Positions 49,618 through 57,601 of a stretch of 64,000 nt of DNA are shown one piece after another. The translations under genes and the position numbers were made by a program. The notes below the pieces were generated by a model. It ran no database searches and was not told the DNA's origin. It saw nothing but the letters and a program-made list of their open reading frames with translations. Within the stretch, counting starts at the first letter, position 1. The number at the start of each line of letters is the position of its first letter. Source of the stretch: an uncultured Candidatus Berkelbacteria bacterium (GTDB lineage: Bacteria > Patescibacteriota > UBA1384 > CAILIB01); NCBI GenBank assembly GCA_903834195.1, contig CAILIB010000020.1, forward strand, positions 14,084-78,083, written 5' to 3'.

Positions 49618-51646
49618 TCGATACGGCGTTAAATGCTTCTAAACTTGCGTCTTTAAATGGTAACTCAATTTTTTCTGATTCCAAATCTTCAATCTTTTTT
49701 GGAAGTTGTTCCTTTTTCCAAATCGCAAAACTACAACCTGGGTATCCGCTACAGCCGAAGAATACTCCTCGTTTAGCCTTCTTTTCATTAAGTGGTTTGC
49801 CACAGATTGGACAAATGAGACCTGTTGGTTGAGTCACCACAAGTGGAAGAGTGGTTTTACACTCAGGATACTTAGGACACGCTAAAAACCGCCCAAAGCG
49901 ACCATTTTTAATAATCATCATTGTTCCACAGGTTGGACATGGAACATCGCTTTCCTGAGTTGTATCTATACGCTCAATTTTGTCTGTACGCTCCTCAACT
50001 TGAGAATGGAATGGCCCCCAGAATGCTGTAAGTAGACCTTCGTAGTTTTCTTCACCGGTAGCTACTCGGTCGAGTTTTTCTTCCATATCCGCGGTGAAAT
50101 TGAGGTCAACAATTTCTGGGAAGTTATTTTTCAACAGATCTGTAACAATCTTGCCAATATCTTCTGGAATTAGACGACGTTGCTCAACACGTACATACAA
50201 ACGTGCAGTCAACGTGTCGATTGTTGGAGCGTACGTAGAAGGCCGACCAATACCTAATTCTTCAAGAGTCTTGATTAACGTTGCTTCTGAAAAACGTGGT
50301 GGCGGTTCAGTAAAATGCTGCTCAGGAAGTAATTGATTTAAGCTAAGCACCATCCCCTTTTCCAGAAGTGGAAGTAATGTATCTTCTTTACCGTCTTCAT
50401 GAAGTGCAGCGAGAAAACCTGGAAATACAATTCGCTGCCCATTAGCACGAAATACTGCATCTGCTGCTGTAATGTCAGCAGCAGTTTGCTCAAGCGCAGC
50501 TTCAGCCATTTGACTTGCCAGCGCACGACGACGAATCAGATCGTACACCTTTTGACCCTGAACATCGGTTGTAACTTCACTTCCGCGACGTGTTACATCT
50601 GTTGGACGAATAGCTTCGTGAGCTTCCTGTGCCTGTTTTTTGCTCGAATAGTGATTAGGTTTTTCAGGAATATACTGATCACCAAACGAACTTTTCACAT
50701 ACGAACGAATTGCATCTACTGCTACAGAAGCAAGTTCTACTGAATCAGTACGCATGTAGGTAATGTGACCAGCTTCATAGAGTCGCTGAGCCGAGCTCAT
50801 CGCAGACTTGGACGACATTCCCAACTTATTCACCGCATCCTGTTGGAAAGACGAAGTTGTATATGGAGCAGCCGGACGACGCTTAACTTGCTTTACTTCA
50901 ACACTATTCACCGTGTATCCAGCTTTAGATAAGCTTTCAACAATTAACTGCATTTCAGCTTCTGTTTTAATATCAAGCTGTTCTAATTTCTTACCTTTAT
51001 ACTGGCTCAAAGAAGCGGTGAACTGTTCAGCACTACCTGGTGCCTGTAATTCAGCTTTGAGAGACCAATATTCTACTGCATTAAACGCCTCACGTTCACG
51101 TTCACGATCAACTACAAGTCGCAGCGCAGCTGATTGCACACGACCAGCAGATAATCCTTTATAAATTTTCTTCCATAAAACTGGAGAAAGCGTATAGCCA
51201 ACCAGTCGATCCAATACCCGCCGAGCCTGTTGAGCATCAACTAAATCCTGATCAATTGCTCGAGGATGACTAATAGCATTTAAGATTGCAGGCTTTGTGA
51301 TTTCATCAAAAGTAATACGAAAAATCTTTAGGTCAGCACTTTCAGTTAAATCAAGCGCCTGTTTAATATGCCACGCAATGGCCTCCCCTTCTCGATCCAA
51401 GTCAGTTGCGAGATACACAACTTTCTTGCCTTTTACAGCCTCTTTGAGAGCTTTTACAGTTTTACGAGCTTTAAGTGGTACGAGGTATTGTGGAATAAAG
51501 TGATCATCAACATCTACCCCAAGTTTAGAACTTGGAAGATCACGAATATGACCCATACTTGCAACAACTTTATAATTGCTCCCTAGGTATTTTTCGATTG
51601 TTCCAGCTTTTGCTGGTGACTCCACAATTACGATGTTTTCAGCCAT
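49598..51646 (-). CDS. topA: DNA topoisomerase I
   Basis: IVESPAKA, ATD.DREGE, SAGRVQ, ITYMRTD, two zinc ribbons. Confidence 0.98.
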   Translation of the reverse strand: MAENIVIVESPAKAGTIEKYLGSNYKVVASMGHIRDLPSSKLGVDVDDHFIPQYLVPLKARKTVKALKEAVKGKKVVYLATDLDREGEAIAWHIKQALDLTESADLKIFRITFDEITKPAILNAISHPRAIDQDLVDAQQARRVLDRLVGYTLSPVLWKKIYKGLSAGRVQSAALRLVVDREREREAFNAVEYWSLKAELQAPGSAEQFTASLSQYKGKKLEQLDIKTEAEMQLIVESLSKAGYTVNSVEVKQVKRRPAAPYTTSSFQQDAVNKLGMSSKSAMSSAQRLYEAGHITYMRTDSVELASVAVDAIRSYVKSSFGDQYIPEKPNHYSSKKQAQEAHEAIRPTDVTRRGSEVTTDVQGQKVYDLIRRRALASQMAEAALEQTAADITAADAVFRANGQRIVFPGFLAALHEDGKEDTLLPLLEKGMVLSLNQLLPEQHFTEPPPRFSEATLIKTLEELGIGRPSTYAPTIDTLTARLYVRVEQRRLIPEDIGKIVTDLLKNNFPEIVDLNFTADMEEKLDRVATGEENYEGLLTAFWGPFHSQVEERTDKIERIDTTQESDVPCPTCGTMMIIKNGRFGRFLACPKYPECKTTLPLVVTQPTGLICPICGKPLNEKKAKRGVFFGCSGYPGCSFAIWKKEQLPKKIEDLESEKIELPFKDASLEAFNAVSNVSQAA

Positions 51647-52485
51647 TGATTTTGTTTACAGACGATATATCCGTCTATTTCTAATATTGAAAGCGTTGTA
51701 TGAAGGCGAGGAATATCCCAGCCAGTTGTTTGAATGAGCCCTTCAAGGGTATGGATTCCGCGTGAGACCAAATCATAGAGAAGTGCGGGTGACCCTGTCA
51801 AGGCTGGTTTAAGCGGAATTGCTGACTGCACGAGAGTTTCAGTACGATACAGTGCCAATATATCATCAGCTGAAGTAATTGGAGTTGCACCATCTTTTAA
51901 TAGCGCATTTACCCCAACGCTTTGCAGACGGGTTATATCTGAAGGCACCACACAAACAGTTCGTCCTAAATCATGAGCATGCCGTGCAGTAGTTAGTGTA
52001 CCTGATTTTTCACCAGCTTCCACAATGAGTACTACTGAACTTAATGCTGCGACTATCCGATTTCGAGCAGGAAAGTGGTATTGCTGTGGTCCTGTTCCAG
52101 GTGGATACTCGGAGATTACGCAACCTGTGGAACATATTTTTTTATATAATCCACCATGCGAGGCTGGATATATACGATCAAGCGCACTTCCTAAGACTGC
52201 CACACAGCGGCCACCTTCGGCAAGTACCGCACGATGTGCTGCCGCATCAACTCCGTATGCCAAACCTGAAACCACTACGAGTCCTGCTCTAACGAGCGAT
52301 GGGATAAGTAACCGAATTACAGCTTCGCCATAGGAACTTATGTCGCGACTCCCAACAATGCTTATAGCTGGTAACCCAAGAACACTCAAGTCACCATCAC
52401 AATACAAACACTCCGGTACAGGTTTAGCGTGAAGCAAATCACTTGGATACTGTTCAGATGTTGGTGTGAGTATTACTTGGGACAT
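51628..52485 (-). CDS. dprA: DNA processing protein DprA
   Basis: IVGSR, VSGLA.GVD..AH, FPARNR, VEA..KSG.L.TA; upstream of topA. Confidence 0.95.
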   Translation of the reverse strand: MSQVILTPTSEQYPSDLLHAKPVPECLYCDGDLSVLGLPAISIVGSRDISSYGEAVIRLLIPSLVRAGLVVVSGLAYGVDAAAHRAVLAEGGRCVAVLGSALDRIYPASHGGLYKKICSTGCVISEYPPGTGPQQYHFPARNRIVAALSSVVLIVEAGEKSGTLTTARHAHDLGRTVCVVPSDITRLQSVGVNALLKDGATPITSADDILALYRTETLVQSAIPLKPALTGSPALLYDLVSRGIHTLEGLIQTTGWDIPRLHTTLSILEIDGYIVCKQNQWLKTS

Positions 52486-52522
52486 ACCCACACACTACTG
52501 CAGGCACATTCAAATTGGGATA

Positions 52523-54403
52523 CTACTCTACTGACGTATCTTTTGAGAATAGTGTAATCCCCAACTCCCTAGCCTGTTTTCCAATCTCTTCTTGAAGTAA
52601 CTGTGCATATAATAGTAATCCGATAGATTCCATATTTCCGTGCTGCTCATTACCGAGAATATTGCCCCCACCTCGAATTTCAAGGTCACGCAGCGCAATT
52701 CCCCATCCACTACCGAGTACATCAGCTTCCTTTAAAGCATTTAATCTCATCGTAGCAGTTTCAGAAACGCGTAAGCCTTCCGAACTTTCGTAAGGAGACC
52801 TTTCAATTCCACCTGTAAACAAGTATGCATATGCTTGTTTTGCACGACGACCCACTCGTCCACGTAATTGGTATAAATCAGACAATCCAAACCACTCACT
52901 ATGAAGCACTACTAATGTATTAGCATTTGGACAATCCAATCCATGCTCAACAATGCTTGAGGCAATCAGAATATCAACTTCTCCAGCCATAAAATCCCCC
53001 ATTCGCTGTGCCAAAGACTTCTGATGTAACTGTCCGTGTGCAACAGCGATACGTGCATTTGCGTAGGGTGTATCTGCAAGAAGTGTCCGTACCCTATCTT
53101 CTACAGCTGCAATAGATTGCACTCGGTTATGTACAACGTACGTTTGACCACCACGTTCTAACTCATTACAAAGCACAGAACGCAGATGGGCATCTGTATA
53201 TGGCTCAACTTCTGTCTGAATGGCCAAACGTCCTTTAGGGGCCGTTCTGAGCATGCTCAAGCCACGTAATCCAGACAAACTCATCGAGAGTGTGCGTGGA
53301 ATTGGCGTTGCAGAAAGAGAAAGCACATCTAAATGCGGGCGCAATTTCTTCAATTGTTCTTTATGTGCAACACCAAACTTTTGTTCTTCATCCACAATTA
53401 ATAAGCCTAGATCTTTCCAGCGCACGTTTTTACCAAGCAAACTATGTGTTCCAACCGCAATATCAATTGCACCTTCTTCTAAACGCTCACGTACAGATGC
53501 ATCTTTCCCACTGGTTAACCGACTCATATGTGCAACTTCTACCGGAAGAACATCAAACCGTTGTTTTAATAAGTTATAATGCTGCTCAACGAGAACTGTT
53601 GTTGGCGCAATAAAGGCAACCTGCTTTCCAGCTGCCATCACTTCAGCAGCAGCACGTAGCGCAACTTCTGTTTTACCGAAACCAACATCCCCACACAGCA
53701 ACCGATCCATAGGCTGATCAGTATCCTCTAAATCACTTAATATTTCGTTAAGTGATTTACTCTGATCCGAAGTAAGGTCAAATGGCACACTTTTAGCTAA
53801 TGCTTCTAACCATTCACCTGCTCGAGAATAACGAGTGCGTCCAGTTAGTTGCCGCGCTGCATAAATTTTCAAAAGTCCACGCGCAACTAAAATCAGATCA
53901 CGCTGAATTCTTTCTTTAGTATGTGCCCAGGCTTTTGAATATAACCTCGTAAGTCGCGGGTGCCGACTACCAATATACGGCATAAGCCCACCCTGGCGAC
54001 TCAGGGGAACTAACAAGCGATCGTTTCCAGCATACTGCAATGCAATATACTGCTCTTCATTTCCTTCTACGTTTTGTTGCGTTACAACACCTGAAAATAT
54101 ACCCACCCCATGGTACGGATGAACCACATATTCCCCAGGATGAATATCGCCGTGCCCAGTCTTTAATTGGTTAGGAAGCAAGTTCGGAAAGTCAGGAGTA
54201 ATTACCCATCCTTCACCATCCTTCTGTGCAATCTTTTCTAACTCCTCCCCGAAGAAGTGAAGTCGGTACGATATTGGACTTGATACTGGCCAACATTCAA
54301 TCAAATCCCCTCGTACAGCAAACTCACCTGACTTGTGAATAAAGTCAGTTTCGGTATATCCGTGTGAACGGAAAAAGCCAATTAGTTCGCTATAAGAAAC
54401 CAT
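52523..54403 (-). CDS. mfd: Shortened transcription-repair coupling factor Mfd
   Basis: GEFAVRG (UvrA-binding D2), VVH..HGVG (RID), CGDVGFGKTEVA, DEEQKFG, QLRGRVGR, RDLEIRG.GN.LG..QHG. Confidence 0.9.
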   Translation of the reverse strand: MVSYSELIGFFRSHGYTETDFIHKSGEFAVRGDLIECWPVSSPISYRLHFFGEELEKIAQKDGEGWVITPDFPNLLPNQLKTGHGDIHPGEYVVHPYHGVGIFSGVVTQQNVEGNEEQYIALQYAGNDRLLVPLSRQGGLMPYIGSRHPRLTRLYSKAWAHTKERIQRDLILVARGLLKIYAARQLTGRTRYSRAGEWLEALAKSVPFDLTSDQSKSLNEILSDLEDTDQPMDRLLCGDVGFGKTEVALRAAAEVMAAGKQVAFIAPTTVLVEQHYNLLKQRFDVLPVEVAHMSRLTSGKDASVRERLEEGAIDIAVGTHSLLGKNVRWKDLGLLIVDEEQKFGVAHKEQLKKLRPHLDVLSLSATPIPRTLSMSLSGLRGLSMLRTAPKGRLAIQTEVEPYTDAHLRSVLCNELERGGQTYVVHNRVQSIAAVEDRVRTLLADTPYANARIAVAHGQLHQKSLAQRMGDFMAGEVDILIASSIVEHGLDCPNANTLVVLHSEWFGLSDLYQLRGRVGRRAKQAYAYLFTGGIERSPYESSEGLRVSETATMRLNALKEADVLGSGWGIALRDLEIRGGGNILGNEQHGNMESIGLLLYAQLLQEEIGKQARELGITLFSKDTSVE

Positions 54404-54510
54404 TTTTTATATTTGTATGAATCTGTATGAATTATTCATATCATACTAAACTAAATGTTGACATACACCCTCCCGTATGGTACAAGTAGAACATACTCGT
54501 TCCTTGCAAT

Positions 54511-54606
54511 AAGGGTCCGTGTATCTATCTACGCCGCCAACGATCTTTGCCCCTCCTTTGGATCGGGTCCCTCGGGACCGGCACGTAGATAGATACACGG
54601 ACCTTT
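54511..54606 (+). ncRNA. Long-stem structured element with anti-SD loop
   Basis: Perfect 20-bp stem 54514-54533/54584-54603 enclosing two hairpins, one with CCCCTCCTTT in its loop; TTGACA-17-TACAAG upstream. Confidence 0.7.
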
Positions 54607-54622
54607 TATATTATATCAAAGC

Positions 54623-54742
54623 ATGAACTTTAACATTTGATTGAATTTCAAGGCAGAACTGAGCATTCGACTGAGGTGTACTATTACATTGAAGGAGAAG
54701 CGGAAGTTCTAACGATGAAATTCGGCAAATGTTAAAGTTCAT
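54623..54742 (+). ncRNA. Second long-stem structured element
   Basis: Perfect 17-bp stem (54623-54639/54726-54742), a 10-bp stem with two G-U on + strand, and an AGAACT/AGTTCT inner helix. Confidence 0.65.
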
Positions 54743-54744
54743 AA

Positions 54745-54778
54745 TAGAAAAAGCCCTGATTACTCAGGGCTTTTTCTA
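54745..54778. terminator. Bidirectional intrinsic terminator after rplK
   Basis: TAGAAAAAGCCCTGA-TTAC-TCAGGGCTTTTTCTA. Confidence 0.9.
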
Positions 54779-54790
54779 ATTCAGAGAGAT

Positions 54791-55225
54791 TTAGTCGACG
54801 ATCTCTACACCCATTGAACGAGCTGTTCCAGCAATAACTTTCATTGCTTGTTCAATATCGCGAGAACTTAGGTCAGGCATCTTTCGTTCAGCAATCTTGC
54901 GAAGCTGTTCTTTGGTAAGCTTACCAATTTTGTCCTTCTTTGGATTTGCAGAGCCTGTCTTGATACCAAGTGCTTCCTTGATAAGAATAGCTGCAGGCGG
55001 TTGCTTCAGTACAAAGTCCATCGTACGATCTTCATAGATCGTAATTTCTACAGGAATGATGGTATCACCCATCTGACGAGTAGCTTCGTTAAACTTCGTA
55101 ACGAACTCCATAATGTTTACACCTTGAGGTCCAAGGGCAGTTCCGACAGGAGGTGCAGGTGTTGCCTTACCGGCGGGACACTGCAATTTCACAATCGCTT
55201 TAACTGGTTTAGTATTTTTGGCCAT
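54791..55225 (-). CDS. rplK: 50S ribosomal protein L11
   Basis: [25 protein letters not shown]. Confidence 0.99.
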   Translation of the reverse strand: MAKNTKPVKAIVKLQCPAGKATPAPPVGTALGPQGVNIMEFVTKFNEATRQMGDTIIPVEITIYEDRTMDFVLKQPPAAILIKEALGIKTGSANPKKDKIGKLTKEQLRKIAERKMPDLSSRDIEQAMKVIAGTARSMGVEIVD

Positions 55226-55240
55226 GATTTCGAGATTTTC

Positions 55241-55834
55241 TTAAATGAGTTTCAACTGGAGATAGTCGAGAGTAACTGGAGTTTCACGACCGAACATTGA
55301 TACGAGCACGCGGATTTTACCCTTCTCATTATCAACTTCATCGATCTTAGCCTGGAAGCCTTTAAGTGCACCGTCAGTGATCTGTACCAGGTCACCTGGT
55401 TGCATTTCAATCTTGTACTTAGGCTCATCCTGGCCCATACGACGCTTAATGCCCTCAATTTCACCTGGAGACATTGGAGTAGGACGAACGCCGAATCCGA
55501 TAAAACCGGTTACATTTGGAGTGTTACGCACTACGTACCAAGAGTCGTCAGTTACAACCATATCTACCATTACGTAGCCAGGGAAGATTTTACGCTCTAC
55601 AGTGCGGCGCTTGCCGTTTTTGATTTCGATCTGCTTCTCAGTTGGAACGAGAACGTCGAAAATCTTGTCTTGCATATTGAGTGACTCAATACGTTGACGG
55701 AGGTTCTGTGCCACCTGATCTTCGTACCCAGCATAGGTATGAATAACGTACCAGTTACGGGCACCAGACTGCTTGCCGGTAGACTTTCCCAGCGAAGGAG
55801 TTGAACTATCAATTTGCTGCTCTTCTGAGGACAT
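55241..55834 (-). CDS. nusG: Transcription termination/antitermination factor NusG
   Basis: WYV.HTY.GYE, FPGYV, VRNTPNVTGF, MFGRETP. Confidence 0.99.
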   Translation of the reverse strand: MSSEEQQIDSSTPSLGKSTGKQSGARNWYVIHTYAGYEDQVAQNLRQRIESLNMQDKIFDVLVPTEKQIEIKNGKRRTVERKIFPGYVMVDMVVTDDSWYVVRNTPNVTGFIGFGVRPTPMSPGEIEGIKRRMGQDEPKYKIEMQPGDLVQITDGALKGFQAKIDEVDNEKGKIRVLVSMFGRETPVTLDYLQLKLI

Positions 55835-55851
55835 GGGAGAAGATTAGGCGG

Positions 55852-56034
55852 TTACTTTATGATGAATGCCAGAAGTTTGAAGAAGGCGTAATCGAATACA
55901 CCAACTACAACTATCGCGAAGATCAGACCAACAATAACACTCGCAAAGTGCTTCATTACTGTTGGGAATGTTGGCCAAGAAACTTTTTTAAGTTCCGTAG
56001 CTACACCCTGAAAGTACGATGTAATACTGCTCAT
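55852..56034 (-). CDS. secE: Preprotein translocase subunit SecE
   Basis: ELKKVSWP plus one TM; upstream of nusG. Confidence 0.95.
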   Translation of the reverse strand: MSSITSYFQGVATELKKVSWPTFPTVMKHFASVIVGLIFAIVVVGVFDYAFFKLLAFIIK

Positions 56035-56387
56035 GCCTCGGTTTTAGCAACTTTAGCTGCTTTGGCGGCTTTTACAGGTGCAATCGAAACAATCTTTACC
56101 TTAGTAATAAGTTGACGATGCCCAAGCGTACGACGCTGGCGCTTCTTTGACTTATAGGTAAAGACACGAATCTTCTTGCCTTTCATCTCTTCAACAACTT
56201 CGCCAGTTACCTGATATCCAGCTACAAGCGGACTACCAAGTTCTACTGATGCTCCGTCGGCAACCATGAGGACACGGTCGAACTGAACGGTTTCACCAGC
56301 TGCTGAGCTAAGTGTTTCGATGGCAATAACTTGTCCCGGTTCGACGCGGTACTGTTTTCCACCGGTTTCAATAATTGCGCTTGCCAT
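56031..56387 (-). CDS. rplU: 50S ribosomal protein L21
   Basis: AIIETGGKQY.V, GHRQ; promoter TTGACC-17-TATTGT at 56461-56489. Confidence 0.98.
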   Translation of the reverse strand: MASAIIETGGKQYRVEPGQVIAIETLSSAAGETVQFDRVLMVADGASVELGSPLVAGYQVTGEVVEEMKGKKIRVFTYKSKKRQRRTLGHRQLITKVKIVSIAPVKAAKAAKVAKTEA

Positions 56388-56471
56388 GTAGAAATATTAC
56401 TTCTGTACAGAACTTTTTACAGTTCTCAATTAAAAAAATTGGCCAATTGGTTTCTGAACTACAATACCAGG

Positions 56472-57593
56472 TCAGCGCTCGAAGGTCAACCGTTTATGCC
56501 TGGTTACAATAGATTGAGCAATTCCGATCAATAATGCATTCGTCACCATGGTAGTTCCACCATAACTTAAGAACGGCAAAGGGATACCTGTAACCGGCAT
56601 TATTCCGATATTCATACCGATATTTACCAAGAGTTCGAAGAACAGTTTTATCACGATACCGACACAGATCAACATACCAAATTCATCTTTAGCAATCCGC
56701 GCAGCAATAAGTAACCGAGCAGTAAGTACCCCAAAAAGTAATATCACCCCGTACGAACCAACTAACCCCCAAGCTTCTGCAATTCCAGCAAAGATAAAGT
56801 CAGCATGAGCAACTGGAAGAAAGTTCAACTGTGACTGTGTACCTTCACCTAATCCACGACCTAACAAACCTCCCGATCCAACAGCAATTTTTGACTGTTG
56901 TACGTTATATCCAGTCCCTTTTTTATCTCGACTCGGGTCAACAAAACTTGCTAAACGATCTTTTTGATAGCCTTTTAGTACGTTTGTGAATGGAGACACC
57001 CCATGAAATGATAAGGTTATAACCAGTGCAACCATAGCTACACCACAGATAATGAACACCTTTTGCCAGCGAACTGTTCGACTATAGAGCAACATTCCAA
57101 TCCCAGTAGCCACAACCACAAGAGAAGTACCTAAGTCTGGCTGCAATAAAATCGCAAGCGCCGGTACTGCAATCAGTAAAATAGCTAAAAAGAACTGCCT
57201 CCCAACAATAGGCTTTGTACTTCTTCCAAGCACCGCGGCGAGAATTAAAATAATGATCGCCTTAAAAATCTCCCCTGGCTGCAGCTGAAATGTACCAATA
57301 TTAATCCAGCGAGCTGCACCAAACGCAGTTTGTCCTTTCACTTGAACAATTGCCAAAAGTATTACACCAATTCCATATACCCACGGAACCCAGTTACGTA
57401 CATTTCGATAATCAGTAAGTGTAGCCAGTACCATAAGCACCAACCCAATACCCGCGAAAATACCTTGCCTAAGTGCTGTACCATACCCTGCAGTATCGTT
57501 TGTGAGGGTATAGATCATGACCACGCTTATACCCATGAGTATGAGCGGGAGGAGATAGAGCAGCGGATCAAGTGTCTTTAACCGGCTCCACAT
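56472..57593 (-). CDS. rodA: Rod shape-determining SEDS protein RodA (FtsW/RodA family)
   Basis: GA.RWI, QP.E, QPDLGT, GSGG..G.G, FLP.AH.DFIF, P.TGIPLPF.SYGG. Confidence 0.88.
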   Translation of the reverse strand: MWSRLKTLDPLLYLLPLILMGISVVMIYTLTNDTAGYGTALRQGIFAGIGLVLMVLATLTDYRNVRNWVPWVYGIGVILLAIVQVKGQTAFGAARWINIGTFQLQPGEIFKAIIILILAAVLGRSTKPIVGRQFFLAILLIAVPALAILLQPDLGTSLVVVATGIGMLLYSRTVRWQKVFIICGVAMVALVITLSFHGVSPFTNVLKGYQKDRLASFVDPSRDKKGTGYNVQQSKIAVGSGGLLGRGLGEGTQSQLNFLPVAHADFIFAGIAEAWGLVGSYGVILLFGVLTARLLIAARIAKDEFGMLICVGIVIKLFFELLVNIGMNIGIMPVTGIPLPFLSYGGTTMVTNALLIGIAQSIVTRHKRLTFER

Positions 57594-57601
57594 AGTATTA
57601 T

